Position numbers and translations under genes: made by a program
Assembly: GCA_963766715.1 (NCBI GenBank)
Contig: CAVYBH010000012.1
Coordinates: 160,001 to 224,000 of the forward strand
Direction of reading: 5' to 3'
Length of the DNA: 64,000 bases
Origin: an uncultured delta proteobacterium
GTDB lineage: Bacteria > Myxococcota > Myxococcia > Myxococcales > Anaeromyxobacteraceae
Notes under the pieces: model-generated
Told to the model about the DNA's origin: nothing
What the model saw: the letters and a program-made list of their open reading frames with translations, nothing else
The model's database searches: none
Part shown: positions 1 to 11,880 of the stretch, piece after piece
How positions within the stretch are numbered: position 1 is the first letter of the stretch
Layout of the letters: every line of letters begins with the position of its first letter

Positions 1-544
1 GGGCTCCCGGCCGTTGGCGAGCCGGAACTGCCGATGGAGGTCGTGCGGCGCCGGTCCCGGGCCTCGGCGACGACGGTGGCCTTCGCGGCCGGGAGCGGGA
101 CGTTCCGCACCTGGGAGGACGCGCGCCAGGGCCGCGCGCTCACCCACGACATCACCGGAGCCCGCGCCAACGGGTACGGGGCCGGGATCCCGCCGCGGGA
201 GCCCGAGGAGGCGGCAGGCGATGCTCCTCGCGGTCGCGCGCGCCCACGACCTGACCCTCTTCGAGTTCTTCGAGACCGACGAGGCCGGCCACGCCCGGTC
301 GATGGATCGGGCGGTGGAGGCGCTCGGGCGGCTCGACCGCTTCGCCCGGACGCTGGTCGCCGGGCTCCGCGAGGGGGACTCGCTCGTGGTGGCGAGCGAT
401 CACGGAAACGTCGAGGATCTCTCGACTCGCAACCACACCCGCAATCCGGTGCCGGTCCTGGGGTTCGGCCGGGCGGCCGCGCTGGTGGACGGAGTCGCCG
501 ACCTCACCGGGATCGCGCCCTTGCTGCGGGCGGTCTCGGGGTAG
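1..544 (+). CDS. Alkaline-phosphatase-superfamily metalloenzyme (cofactor-independent phosphoglycerate mutase-like), 5'-truncated, frameshift near 220
   Basis: Motifs FFETDEAGH, VVASDHGN and NHTRNPVP typical of the iPGM/metalloenzyme C-terminus; upstream part (ALTHDITG) lies in another frame. Confidence 0.75.
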   Translation, partial: GSRPLASRNCRWRSCGAGPGPRRRRWPSRPGAGRSAPGRTRARAARSPTTSPEPAPTGTGPGSRRGSPRRRQAMLLAVARAHDLTLFEFFETDEAGHARSMDRAVEALGRLDRFARTLVAGLREGDSLVVASDHGNVEDLSTRNHTRNPVPVLGFGRAAALVDGVADLTGIAPLLRAVSG

Positions 545-552
545 AACGGAGC

Positions 553-1350
553 ATGTCCGGACTCCGCGCCCCGCGCCTCCTCCTGATGCCGCCGCCCTCC
601 TGCCCGCCATGACCTCTCCCGCCCGTGCCGCCGAGGACCGCCACCGCTTCGCCCCGCTGTCGGACCGACCGGTCCAGGTGGCCTTCCTCCTCTCGGAGGG
701 CGCGACGCTCATCGACTTCGCCGGCCCGTGGGAGGTCTTCCAGGACGTCATGGTCGACGCCGCCGGGAAGCCGGTCACCCAGGCGGCCCAGCTGGGCCCG
801 GGCTCCACGGCCCGCCACCCCTTCGCCCTCTACACCGTGGGGGAGAAGCGGGAGGCCATGCGGGTGAGCGGCGGCCTCACCGTGATCCCCGACCACACCT
901 TCGCCGACGCGCCCCCGCCCGACGTCATCGTGGTCGGCGCGCACCGGCCGTCCGAGGCCGAGCTGGCCTGGCTGAGGCAGGCGAGCGCCCGGGCCGGCCT
1001 GACCCTGTCGGTCTGCACCGGAGCGAGCGTGCTCGCCCGGGCGGGGCTCCTCGACGGGAAGCGGGCCGCCACGCACTACTGGTTCACGGAGGAGTTCGGC
1101 AAGCGCTGGCCCGCCGTCACCTTCGTGGGCGGCGCCCGGTTCGTCGAGAGCGGCAACGTGGCGTCGTCGGCGGGGCTCAGCGCCGGGATCGACCTGGCGC
1201 TGCGGGTGGTGGAGCGCTACCTCGGGCGGGAGGTGGCGCAGGGCACGGCCGACTTCATGGAGTACCAGGGCGAAGGCTGGAAGCAGCCTCCGGGCGCGCC
1301 TCTGCGGCTTCCGGCGGCCGCCGCGGCCGCGCCGCCGTCGCGGCCGCTGA
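553..1350 (+). CDS. DJ-1/PfpI family protein with probable signal peptide (ends approximate, frameshifts)
   Basis: IDFAGPWEVF, SVCTGA nucleophile elbow, LLDGKRAATHY, SAGLSAGIDLAL; ATG at 553 plus hydrophobic leader; the ORF-track run-on to 1577 overlaps the convergent kinase. Confidence 0.8.
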
Positions 1351-1354
1351 TCCG

Positions 1355-4229
1355 TCACCTCGGATCCGTTCCCAGCCCCTCCTGCACCGCCTTCGCCTCG
1401 GCGAGGAGCGGGAGGTCGGGGGCGGCGTCCCGCCAGGCTTCGAGCAACTCTCCGATCCGCTGCCTGGCCTCGTCGCGACGGCCGAGCGCGTCGAGGGATC
1501 TGGCCGCCACGAGGAGGCTGCGAGGCCAGGCGACGCAGGACCATCCCACCACCGTGGACACGGGGCTCGATCGGTAGGCGTCCATCGCCGCCACGGCCTC
1601 TGCGTGGCGACCGCGTGCGGCCTCGATCTCCCCGAGAGCGTACTGGGCGGCGACGGTCGCCACTCCCTTCCCCTCACCGACCGACCTGGACAGGGCCTCC
1701 GCCTCGTCGAGCCTCCGGGTGCGAAGCGCCTCGAGCGCACGGACGAGGAGGTCGTTCGGCGAGCCGGCGGGGACGGTCCCCGCCAGTTCGGCCGCGAGCG
1801 GGGTCCCCCCGGCAAGCAGGGCGCCTGCGAAGGCGAACCTCGCGACACCCGAGCGAACCTTCTCGGTGCTGCCCGCTCCCCGCCATCCGGGGGCCAGGAT
1901 CTCCAGCTCCTCCCGCGCGTCCTCGCTCCTGGCCGGCGCAGAGGAGACGCACGAAGCGTTGGGGGTGATAGGTCTCGGGGAAGGGCTCGCGCATCGGCTC
2001 CAGCGCCGCGAGGGCATCCTGGCTCCGTCCCTGGAGCGCGATGGCAGCCGAGAGCTGGACGACCGGGTCGCGAATCGTCGGGCGCTGCCCACCGAGGACC
2101 GACGGGCGAAGGAGCGCCTCCACCTCGGCGAAGGCGGCACGCTGGAGCAGCACCGTGGCGAGGGCGTCGCGCGTGAGCGGGGTCGGCTGCATCTCGTACC
2201 CGCGCCGCGCGCTGGCCAGCGCCTCGTCGAGGCGTCCGTTCATGGCGAGCGCATAGGCGAGCATCCGATGGGAAGTGGGGCCGGGCGCGCGCTCCACCCA
2301 TCGCCGGGACAGGTCGAGGAACTCGGCGCCCTTGCCCTGGGAGCGGAGGCACTGGGCCACGTGGATCAGCGCCGGCTCGTAGTGGGGATCGAGCTGCCGA
2401 GCCCGCTCGAAGTACGGGAGGGCCTTCTCGCAAGCTCCCTCGTGGAAGTGGAGGTCGCCCGCCATGTAGAGCACTTCCTTCTCCTCCGGCCAGGACTCCG
2501 CCGCCTGCTCGTACAGTCGATGGGCCTCGTCGTTCCTGCCGTCGAGGTGCGCCTTCCACGCCTGGATGAGAAGCTGGTCCTTCCGGCCCAGCTTTCCCGC
2601 CTGGGCCACGGCCGCCTCGGCGTGGAGCATCGACACGTCGCGTCCCAGGAAGGCCTGATCCGCCCGGACGGCAATCTGGTAGTGGGCGAGGGCAAAGTTC
2701 GGGTCCGCTGCGATGGCCTTGCGGTACTCCGCGCTGGCGTCGTCGTACAGGGACCGCTCGTCCAGTTGACGCCCCCGGAAGTAGTGCTCGTACGCCTCCA
2801 GGCTGGCGGTCGTGGCGTCGGCCACCCGGACCCTCGAGAAGGAGAGGCTGCCCTCCGGGTCGTGCAACTCGGCTCGCGTCCAATCGGAGAGACGGTCGAT
2901 GAGGGAGAGCAGGCCCTTCTTTCCGGTCGTCTGCTCCCGCATGGTGAAGAGGTAATCGTCCCGCTGCGGGTCGAAGGCGCGCATCTCCACCACGTAGACG
3001 TCGTCGAGCCTCCGGACTCCCGCGAGGAGCAGGGCGCGCGCGCCCGACCGCCTCCCGACCTCGCGCGCCAGGGGCTCGTCGATGCGCTCCGCGTTCTCCT
3101 TCCCCAGGGCGCGGAGGTGGTCCGACATCCGCCCTCGCGTCACCACCCGGAGCTTCTTCGACTGCTCGAGGGAGGTGATGAGGAGGCCGGACAGGCCGTC
3201 GAGGGCCGGGTCGCCGGTCTGGTTGGCGAAGTCGGCGACGGCCACCGTGATGCGGCCGTCGCCGTCCTCGAGGAACTGCGTCCTCCAGATGCGCCACGTG
3301 GCCATGCCGGCGACGAGGACCCCCAGGAGCAGGAAGAACCCGCCGAGGAGGGCGAGGCGCCGGAGGCGAGCAGGTCGATCCAGGGCGCGCCGGGTCGCCT
3401 GGAGCACGTCGAGCCATGCCCGACCATCCCGGGGACGCGCCGTCGGGTCGATGGAGGTGGCCGAGGCGACCACCTGGTCCAGTCGGCCGGGGCGTCTCTC
3501 GCCGAGCATCTCGCCCAGCACCCGCCCGGCTGCGAACACGTCCGCCCGCTGGTCCACCTCTTCCCCGCGGGCCTGCTCTGGAGCCATGTACGCGGGGGTA
3601 CCGGCGCCCTTCGCGTCCTGGCTGCCCAGCAGGTGGGCCAGCCCGAAGTCGAGCAGCTTCACCCGCCCGTCCTCGCAGAGGAACACGTTTGCCGGCTTGA
3701 GGTCGCGGTGCAGGACGCCGCGCTCGTGCGCGTGGGCCAGCCCCTTCGCCATCTCCTCCGCGATCCGCAGCGCATCCGCGGAGGACATCGGGCCCCCGGC
3801 AATCCGGCGGGCGAGGGTCTCCCCTCGGAGGAGCTCCATCACGAGGTACGGCCCGGACGAGCAGGACCCGACGTCGAAGAGGGTCACGATGCAGGGATGG
3901 TCGAGGCGCGCCACCGCCTCGGCCTCCTGCTTCATCCAGTCCGTGGAGAGGTCGCTCCTGGGACGGCGGAGCCGCAACGCCTTGACGGCGACGGTCCGGT
4001 TCAGCTGGGTGTCGAAGGCCTCGTACACGGCCCCGAACCCGCCGCGTCCCACCTCGCGCCGGATCTCGAAGCGGCCGACTCGGTCCCCGGCGCGCAACTC
4101 GCACTTCCAGGCAAGGAGGGCGTCCTCGCCGGGAGCGTCGGCCAGTTCCTGGAGGAGTCGGGAGAGCGGTCCGGGGTCGCCGGTGCCCGATGGGTCCGCG
4201 CTGTCGCGCTGCCCGTCGATCCCCGCCAA
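1355..4229 (-). CDS. Ser/Thr protein kinase with TM helix, TolB-N/FlgO-like domain and TPR repeats (frameshift ~1950)
   Basis: GRGGFGAVY, VAVK, HRDLKPAN, DFG, GTPAYMAPE; TM helix; VAVADFANQTGD; TPR-like helices continuing in ORF 1355-2140. Confidence 0.9.
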
Positions 4230-4371
4230 GACGAGCCTCCCCGGAACGGATTGGCCAAAGGCTAGCAGGGTCGTTCCGCGGGTGTCACCTGACCCTCCCG
4301 GCCGCGGTCCGGGCGGGGTCGCGCCGACCCCTCGTGGCGAGGCTCCGGGCCGCGCTTAGAATCAGGCGCGC

Positions 4372-6030
4372 GTGCGCCAGTTCGGCAAGTACCTCCTCAT
4401 CGAGCCCATCGCCTCCGGCGGGATGGCGGAGGTGTGGCGTGCGGAGGTGGCCGGGCCGGCCGGGTTCGTGAAGCAGGTGGCGGTGAAGCTCGTGCGCGCC
4501 GATCGCGGCGACGACGACGAGATGATCCGCATGTTCATCCAGGAGGCCAAGCTCGCCTCCTGCCTCCACCACGCGAACATCGTGCAGGTGTACGGGCTCG
4601 ACCTCATCGAGGGACGCTACGTCATCGCGATGGAGCTCGTGCACGGGCGCAGCCTCCGCGCCGTCCTCGATCGCTGTCGGGAGACCAACGTCCGGTTCGG
4701 CCTTCCACGCGCGGTCCACGTGGTCGAGCAGGTGGCCCGCGCGCTGGCGTACGCCCACCGCCCGGTGGCCGAGGGCGGTCCGGCGGGGCTGGTCCACCGC
4801 GACGTGTCGCCGCACAACGTGCTCGTCTCCTTCGAGGGCGAGGTGAAGCTCACCGACTTCGGCATCGCGCGCGTCGAGGGCGCCGGCGGACTGACCGGCC
4901 CGGGCACCTTGAAGGGCAAGATCGGCTACATGGCGCCCGAGCACGCCATGGCGGCGCCGGTCGACGCGCGCGCCGACCTCTTCGCCCTGGGCGTCGTGCT
5001 CTGGGAGATGTGCACCGGCCAGCGCCTCTTCGCGCGCGACACCGAGGCGGCCACGCTGCGCGTGCTCATCGGGGACGAGCGGATCTCGCCGCCCTCCTTC
5101 TGGAACGAGCTCGTCCCGCCGGAGCTGGACGCCATCGTCCTCGGGGCGCTGGAGCGCGACCCGGCCCGACGCACGTCGTCGGCCGACGAGGTGGCCCGGC
5201 GGCTGGCCGAGGTGGAGCGGGCGCTCTCGCGGACGCCGGAGGATCGGGACCTGCGGCCGCTCATGCGCCGCCTCTGGCCCGGCGAGCTTCCCTCGCGCCC
5301 CACGCCGACGGCGTCCTCGGTGACTGGAGAGGATCGCCCAGGCCCGGCCGACGTCGCGCCGTACCCGCAGGACGCTCCCACGGCGACCTGGCCGCCCCGG
5401 AAGCGGTGGCGCCTCGCCGCATCGATCGCCGGACTCGTCGCGGTGACCGCTGCGGTCGGCGTGGGCGCCTGGATGGGCGCGCGCGGGGGCGCGCCGGCCC
5501 GCGCCGCCGGCGAGCCGTTCCCCGTCGCACTGGAGGCGAAGGCCACGCCGTCCGCGCCGGCCCCCTTCGGCGCCGCCCCGTCCGCCGGTTCCGTCTCGCA
5601 GTCCGCCGTCGCGCCACCCGCCGCCACCCGCCGGTGGCCGTCGCCCGTCCGTCACCGGCTTCGGCCCCGGCAGGGGAGGGGAGCGGTGCCGGGGCGCCCG
5701 CCCGCGCCGGCTCCGCCCCGGTCCGCTCCGGCTCCGTCCGCTGCGCCGGCGCGCACGAAGCGCCCCGTCGTCCTGGCCTCCGCGGACGCGCTCGAGGGGC
5801 TCGAGGTCCCGCCCGCGTCGAGCGGCCAGGGCATCCTCTTCGTGAACGCCACCCCGTGGGCGGAGATCCACGTCGACGGGATCCCGGAGGGCTACACGCC
5901 CCGGGAGATGCGGCTCGCCGCCGGCACCCATCGGCTGAAGCTCGTCCATCCCACCCGCGGCACGGTGGTGAAGGACGCCCAGGTCCGCGCCGGCGAGCGC
6001 GTGCGCATCGAGACCAGCCTGGGTCCGTAG
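4372..6030 (+). CDS. Ser/Thr protein kinase with TM helix, Pro/Ala-rich linker and C-terminal PEGA domain
   Basis: [31 protein letters not shown]-terminal [28 protein letters not shown] pattern. Confidence 0.9.
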   Translation: MRQFGKYLLIEPIASGGMAEVWRAEVAGPAGFVKQVAVKLVRADRGDDDEMIRMFIQEAKLASCLHHANIVQVYGLDLIEGRYVIAMELVHGRSLRAVLDRCRETNVRFGLPRAVHVVEQVARALAYAHRPVAEGGPAGLVHRDVSPHNVLVSFEGEVKLTDFGIARVEGAGGLTGPGTLKGKIGYMAPEHAMAAPVDARADLFALGVVLWEMCTGQRLFARDTEAATLRVLIGDERISPPSFWNELVPPELDAIVLGALERDPARRTSSADEVARRLAEVERALSRTPEDRDLRPLMRRLWPGELPSRPTPTASSVTGEDRPGPADVAPYPQDAPTATWPPRKRWRLAASIAGLVAVTAAVGVGAWMGARGGAPARAAGEPFPVALEAKATPSAPAPFGAAPSAGSVSQSAVAPPAATRRWPSPVRHRLRPRQGRGAVPGRPPAPAPPRSAPAPSAAPARTKRPVVLASADALEGLEVPPASSGQGILFVNATPWAEIHVDGIPEGYTPREMRLAAGTHRLKLVHPTRGTVVKDAQVRAGERVRIETSLGP

Positions 6031-6109
6031 CACCCGCCGGTCCCGCTCCACCCACGGTCCTTCCTCCTCCGTCCGGAGGCACGCCCCACGTGTCCCCCTC
6101 CCGTGGGCA

Positions 6110-6138
6110 TTGACGGGATCCATTCAATGGATTAGCGT
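6110..6138 (+). promoter_or_regulatory. Sigma70-type promoter with palindromic operator in the spacer
   Basis: TTGACG(6110-6115)-17 nt-TAGCGT(6133-6138); perfect inverted repeat ATCCATT-C-AATGGAT at 6118-6132. Confidence 0.6.
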
Positions 6139-6168
6139 TCCGTCCAGATTCGCAAAACCAAATCTTGA

Positions 6169-6675
6169 ATGGATTTCCTGGTTCCACAGACCGAGATTGG
6201 CCGGCTCGAGCGAGAGCGGGCCGGAGGCATCACCAGCCGCGAGGTGGTGCGGATCTTCGAGTCGCGTGGGGCCCGGCTCTCCGAGTCGACCTTCCGCAAG
6301 TACGTCCAGGTCGGGCTGCTCCCCCGCAGCCGCCGGGTGGGGCGCAAGGGCAAGCACACCGGGTCCACCGGGCTCTACCCGGTCGACGTGGTGCGCCGGA
6401 TCAACCTCATCAAGCGGATGATGGCCGAGGGCATGACCCTCGAGGAGATCCGGGACAGCTTCGTGGGGCTGAAGAACCAGCTCTGCGACGTCGAGCAGGG
6501 CTTCTCCACGTTGCTCTCCGAGCTGTCGCGAAAGGCGCGGTCGCACCCGCACCGGCGGCAGATGGAGGGCGAGCTGGGGAGGGCGCAGCGCGAGGTCCGC
6601 CAGGCGCTCCGGCGCATCGAGAAGGTCGGCGGGAGGGTGGCGACGGTGAGGCGAGAACTGGTACAGGCGAGCTGA
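6169..6675 (+). CDS. MerR-like HTH transcriptional regulator
   Basis: [41 protein letters not shown] matches the MerR wHTH pattern; coiled-coil C-terminus. Confidence 0.75.
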   Translation: MDFLVPQTEIGRLERERAGGITSREVVRIFESRGARLSESTFRKYVQVGLLPRSRRVGRKGKHTGSTGLYPVDVVRRINLIKRMMAEGMTLEEIRDSFVGLKNQLCDVEQGFSTLLSELSRKARSHPHRRQMEGELGRAQREVRQALRRIEKVGGRVATVRRELVQAS

Positions 6676-6737
6676 GCATCGGCCGGCGGCACCGCAAACG
6701 GCGGGGCCCGGCGTGTACGGGGAAGGGAGGCGGCGTG

Positions 6738-7286
<549 letters not shown>

Positions 7287-7372
7287 GGCCGCGAGCGCGC
7301 CCTGCTCGGCGCGCTTGAAGTCCCCCGCGGCGAACGCTAGAAGGGACGCCCCCGCTCCGCCGGAGGTGTCCC

Positions 7373-8950
7373 TTGGCCGTTCGCCGCGCATTGCTTTCCG
7401 TCTCCGACAAGACCGGGCTCGTGCCCTTCGCGCGCCGCCTGGCGGCGCGAGGCATCGAGCTCCTCTCCACCGGGGGCACCCAGAAGGCCCTCGCCGACGC
7501 CGGGATCCGGGTCACCCCGGTCGGCGACTACACCGCCGCCCCGGAGATCCTCGGCGGCCGGGTGAAGACCCTCCACCCCCGCGTCCACGGCGGCATCCTC
7601 TACCGGCGCGGCCTGGCCTCCGACGAGGCCGACGTGAAGGCCCGCGACATCCCGCCCATCGACCTCGTGGTGGTGAACCTCTACCCGTTCCGCGAGGCGG
7701 TGGCGGCGGGGAAGCCCTTCGACGAGGTGGTCGAGGAGATCGACATCGGCGGCCCGGCCATGGTCCGCAGCTCGGCCAAGAACTCGGCCCACGTGGGCGT
7801 GGTGGTCGACCCCGCCGACTACGAGCGGGTGGCCGGCGAGATCGAGAAGGACGGGGTCCTCTGCGACGCCACCCGCTTCGCGCTGATGAAGAAGGCCTTC
7901 GCCCACACGGCGGCCTACGACGCGGCCATCGCCGAGTACCTCTCCTCCCGGCCCCAGCCCGACGCCGCGCCGGTCCGCTTCCCGGTCACGCTCGCCGCCA
8001 CCTGGAACAAGGTGCAGGACCTCCGCTACGGCGAGAATCCCCACCAGGCCGGCGCGTTCTACCGCGCTCCCCGGGAGCCGGAGGAGCCCACCGTGGCCTT
8101 CGCCCAGGTGCTCCAGGGCAAGGAGCTCTCGTACAACAACCTGCTCGACCTCGAGGCGGCGCTCGCCGCCGTGAAGGAGTACGACGCCACCGCCTGCGTG
8201 GTCATCAAGCACAACACGCCGAGCGGCGTGTCGATGGGGGCGACCCCGGCCGAGGCCTTCGCCCGGGCGCGCGACTGCGATCCGGTCTCGGCCTTCGGCG
8301 GGATCGTCGCGCTGAACCGGCCCGTGGACGCGGCGGCGGCGAAGGAGCTGGCCGGCCTCTTCCTCGAGTGCGTCATCGCCCCGGCCTACGCGGACGAGGC
8401 GCGCGAGCTCCTGGCCACGAAGAAGAACCTCCGGCTGCTCCTGAGCCCGCGGCTCGGGGAGCCCCGCGCCACCTGGAAGCGCCGTCCCGAGGAGGCGCGC
8501 GAGCTCCGCTCCATCACGGGCGGCCTGCTGGTCATGGACCGCGACCTGGGGAGCATCCGGCGCGAGGACTGCAAGGTGATGACGAAGCGGGCCCCGACCG
8601 AGAAGGAGTGGGAGGACCTGCTCTTCGCCTGGAAGGTCGTGAAGCACGTGAAGTCGAACGCCATCGTCTTCGCCGCCGGCGACCGGACGCTGGCCATCGG
8701 CGGCGGCCAGACCAGCCGGGTCGAGTCGGTCAAGATCGCCCGGATGAAGGCCCGCTTCCCCCTGGCCGGCAGCTCGGTCGGGTCGGACGCCTTCTTCCCG
8801 TTCCCCGACGGCGTGGAGGAGATCATCGCCGCGGGGGCCTCCGCCATCATCCAGCCTGGGGGCTCCGTCCGGGACGCGGAGGTGGTCGCCGTGGCCGACG
8901 CCGCCGGGATCGCCATGGTGGCCACCGGGATGCGTCACTTCCGGCACTAG
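7373..8950 (+). CDS. purH: Bifunctional AICAR transformylase/IMP cyclohydrolase
   Basis: ALLSVSDKTG, GRVKTLHP, LRYGENPHQ, KHVKSNAI, SDAFFPF, IIQPGGS, TGMRHFRH. Confidence 0.98.
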   Translation: MAVRRALLSVSDKTGLVPFARRLAARGIELLSTGGTQKALADAGIRVTPVGDYTAAPEILGGRVKTLHPRVHGGILYRRGLASDEADVKARDIPPIDLVVVNLYPFREAVAAGKPFDEVVEEIDIGGPAMVRSSAKNSAHVGVVVDPADYERVAGEIEKDGVLCDATRFALMKKAFAHTAAYDAAIAEYLSSRPQPDAAPVRFPVTLAATWNKVQDLRYGENPHQAGAFYRAPREPEEPTVAFAQVLQGKELSYNNLLDLEAALAAVKEYDATACVVIKHNTPSGVSMGATPAEAFARARDCDPVSAFGGIVALNRPVDAAAAKELAGLFLECVIAPAYADEARELLATKKNLRLLLSPRLGEPRATWKRRPEEARELRSITGGLLVMDRDLGSIRREDCKVMTKRAPTEKEWEDLLFAWKVVKHVKSNAIVFAAGDRTLAIGGGQTSRVESVKIARMKARFPLAGSSVGSDAFFPFPDGVEEIIAAGASAIIQPGGSVRDAEVVAVADAAGIAMVATGMRHFRH

Positions 8951-8993
8951 GCGCTTTCGAGGACGGCCGCCCGCCGTGATATACCGCCGGCTG

Positions 8994-10271
8994 ATGCGAA
9001 TCCTCGTCGTCGGAGGGGGCGGACGGGAGCACGCCCTCGTCTGGAAGATCGCCCAGAGCCCGCTCGCGGAGAAGGTGTTCTGCGCGCCCGGCAACCCGGG
9101 AACCGCGCGCCTGGCCGAGAACGTCGCCATCCCGGCCGACGACGTGGACGGCCTCGCCGGCTGGGCGGTGGAGAACCGCATCGACCTCGTCGTGGTCGGG
9201 CCGGAGGCGCCGCTCGTGCTGGGCATCGCCGACCGGCTCGCCGCCGCCGGGATCGCGGTCTTCGGGCCGAGCGCCGCCGGCGCGCAGCTCGAGGGGTCGA
9301 AGGCCTTCGCCAAGGAGGTCATGAAGGCGGCCGGCATCCCCACCGCCGACCACGGCGCCTTCGAGGCCCTGGGCCCCGCGCTCGCCCGGGCCCGCGCCGC
9401 CGACGGCCGGGTGGTGGTGAAGGCGGACGGCCTCGCGGCGGGCAAGGGCGTCGTGGTGTGCGGGAGCCTGCCCGAGGCCGAGGACGCGCTTCGCGCCATC
9501 CTGGTCGACCGGATCCACGGTGCGGCCGGGGCCCGGGTGGTGGTGGAGGAGCTCCTCGAGGGGCCCGAGGTGAGCGTCATCTCGCTCGTCGACGGGGAGC
9601 GGGTGCTGGTCCTTCCGCCGGCCCAGGACCACAAGCGGATCTTCGACGGCGACCGCGGTCCCAACACCGGAGGAATGGGGGCCTTCACGCCCACGCCCAC
9701 GGTGGACGCCCGCTTCCTCGACGACGTCCGGGATCGCGTGCTGCTCCCCACGGTGCGGGAGATGGCGCGGCGCGGAACCCCCTTCCGCGGGGCGCTCTAC
9801 GCCGGGCTGATGCTCACCAAGGACGGCCCCAAGGTCCTGGAGTTCAACACCCGGTTCGGCGATCCGGAGACCCAGCCCATCCTGATGCGGCTCTCGGGCG
9901 ACCTCGTTCCCGCGCTGCTCGGCGCGGCGCGAGGCGACCTCTCGCAGGTCCAGCTGGAGGTCGACCCCCGCGCGGCCGTCGGCGTGGTCATGGCGGCCGA
10001 GGGCTATCCGGGCCGCGTCACCACCGGAGACGTCATCGAGGGAGCCGACGGGCCGTTCCCGCCCGGCGTCCAGGTCTTCCAGGCCGGGACCCGGCGCAGC
10101 GCCGACGGGCGCCTGGTGACCTCCGGCGGGCGCGTCCTCACCGTCTGCGCGCTCGGCGCGGATCGAGCCGAGGCCGCGGCGCGCGCTTACGAGACCGTGG
10201 CCCGCGTGCACTTCCGGGGATCCCAGTACCGCCGTGACATCGGGCGCACCGGCCCCAGGGAGGCGACATGA
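8994..10271 (+). CDS. purD: Phosphoribosylamine--glycine ligase
   Basis: GGGGREHAL, LEGSKAFAK, KADGLAAGKGV, QDHKRIFDGDRGPNTGGMG, RFGDPETQ. Confidence 0.98.
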   Translation: MRILVVGGGGREHALVWKIAQSPLAEKVFCAPGNPGTARLAENVAIPADDVDGLAGWAVENRIDLVVVGPEAPLVLGIADRLAAAGIAVFGPSAAGAQLEGSKAFAKEVMKAAGIPTADHGAFEALGPALARARAADGRVVVKADGLAAGKGVVVCGSLPEAEDALRAILVDRIHGAAGARVVVEELLEGPEVSVISLVDGERVLVLPPAQDHKRIFDGDRGPNTGGMGAFTPTPTVDARFLDDVRDRVLLPTVREMARRGTPFRGALYAGLMLTKDGPKVLEFNTRFGDPETQPILMRLSGDLVPALLGAARGDLSQVQLEVDPRAAVGVVMAAEGYPGRVTTGDVIEGADGPFPPGVQVFQAGTRRSADGRLVTSGGRVLTVCALGADRAEAAARAYETVARVHFRGSQYRRDIGRTGPREAT

Positions 10272-10783
10272 GCGCGAAGGTCCTCATCCTCATGGGATCC
10301 GACTCGGACTGGGAAGTGATGTCCGAGGCGCGCAAGGCGCTCGAGGAGATGGGGATCGAGGCGGAGATCCACGTCTCGTCGGCCCACCGCACCCCGACCC
10401 GCACCGGCTCGCTGGCCCGGGAGGCCGCCTCGCGCGGCATCCAGGTCATCATCTGCGGCGCCGGCGCCGCCGCGCACCTGGCCGGCGTGGTCGCCGCGGA
10501 GAGCGAGCTGCCGGTCCTGGGCGTCCCGCTGCCCTCGAGCGACCTCTTCGGCCTCGACGCGCTCCTCTCCACCGCGCAGATGCCCGGCGGGGTTCCGGTG
10601 GGGACGATGGCGGTCGGCAAGGCCGGGGCCCGGAACGCCGGGCTCCTCGCCGCCCGGATCATCGCGCTCTCCGACCCGGCGCTGGCGGCCCGGGTCCGGG
10701 AGCAGCGCGCCCGGATGGCCCGCGAGGTCGAGGCCAAGGACGCGGCCCTCCAGCTGAGACTGCAGGCCGACAAGAAGGCGTGA
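10268..10783 (+). CDS. purE: N5-CAIR mutase / AIR carboxylase
   Basis: MGSDSD, SAHRTP, GAGAAAHLAGVVA, QMPGGVPVGT. Confidence 0.97.
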   Translation: MSAKVLILMGSDSDWEVMSEARKALEEMGIEAEIHVSSAHRTPTRTGSLAREAASRGIQVIICGAGAAAHLAGVVAAESELPVLGVPLPSSDLFGLDALLSTAQMPGGVPVGTMAVGKAGARNAGLLAARIIALSDPALAARVREQRARMAREVEAKDAALQLRLQADKKA

Positions 10784-11880
10784 CGCGGCTCGACCGCTAC
10801 CTCGCGCGCGAGATCCTGCTGCCGTTCGCGGCGGCGCTCCTGTTCCTCACGCAGCTCCTGCTGGCCTCCCAGCTCCTCGCCCAGGCCGACGTCCTCTTCG
10901 GGGGCGGCGTGTCCCCGCTGGACGTGGCGCGCATCCTCGTCGACCTCATCCCGCACCTCCTCGAGTACGTGCTCCCGGTGGCCTTCCTGCTCGGCGCGGT
11001 GCTCGGAGTGGGCCGGCTGGCGGAGGACCGGGAGGTGGTGGCGCTCTCGTCGGTCGGCGTCTCGCCGGTCCACCTGGTGCGGGTCCCGCTCCTGCTCGGG
11101 GGCGCGGTGTCGCTCGTGGCGCTCGTCATGGCCCTCGTGGTGGCGCCGGCGGGCCTGCGCGACGCACGCCGCCGGGTGGACGACGTGATCCGCAAGAACC
11201 TCCAGGGGGAGATCCGCTCCGGGGTCTTCTACGAGGAGATCCCGGGGATCACCCTCCACGCCGCGCACGCCGGCAAGGACGGCTACCGGGACCTCCTCAT
11301 CGCCGACCGGACGAACCCGTCGGCGCCGGTGCTGGTCTTCGCGCGGTCCGGCATTCTCGAGGCCACCGCGTCGGGCGGGCTGCGGCTCGTCCTGCGCGAC
11401 GGCGAGATCCACCGGGAGGAGCCCGGCGCCCGCGACTACGTCCTCGCCCGCTTCGCGCGCGCCACCGCCGACCTCGGCCTGGGACGGGCGCTCGACGCCC
11501 GCAACACGCTCTCCGGCTCGGCCTTCGAGCTCCGGCCCGGCGAGATCCTGGCGGCCGCCGGCGACGGGAAGCCGGGGAGCCGGCAGTACTGGCTCACCTT
11601 CCTCTGGCGGCGCATCGCCGTGCCGCTCGGCATCCTGGCGCTGGGGCTGCTCGCCGTGCCCATCGCGGCCATGCGCCGGGGCGGGAGGGCCGCCGGGTAC
11701 GGCGTGACGTTGCTGGCCGTGGTGGGCTACTACGCGCTGCTCCGGGTCGGGGAAGGGCTCGGGCACGACGGGGTGCTCCCTCCCTGGCTGGCCGCCAACC
11801 TCGCCAACGTGGTGGTGGTCGCCGCAGCCGTCGGGATGCTGGCCGTGCTCGCGCGGCGGGGCACGGGGGCGGTCCGGTGA
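10780..11880 (+). CDS. lptF: LPS export ABC transporter permease LptF-like
   Basis: RLDRYLAREIL, GRLAEDREVVAL, TM pattern with central periplasmic domain; GTGA overlap with purE. Confidence 0.8.
   Translation: MTRLDRYLAREILLPFAAALLFLTQLLLASQLLAQADVLFGGGVSPLDVARILVDLIPHLLEYVLPVAFLLGAVLGVGRLAEDREVVALSSVGVSPVHLVRVPLLLGGAVSLVALVMALVVAPAGLRDARRRVDDVIRKNLQGEIRSGVFYEEIPGITLHAAHAGKDGYRDLLIADRTNPSAPVLVFARSGILEATASGGLRLVLRDGEIHREEPGARDYVLARFARATADLGLGRALDARNTLSGSAFELRPGEILAAAGDGKPGSRQYWLTFLWRRIAVPLGILALGLLAVPIAAMRRGGRAAGYGVTLLAVVGYYALLRVGEGLGHDGVLPPWLAANLANVVVVAAAVGMLAVLARRGTGAVR

Noticed and set aside
7287..7372. Possible ZTP (pfl) riboswitch upstream of purH
   Set aside because: Conserved riboswitch motifs are not recognisable; the region is short and looks like a plain promoter
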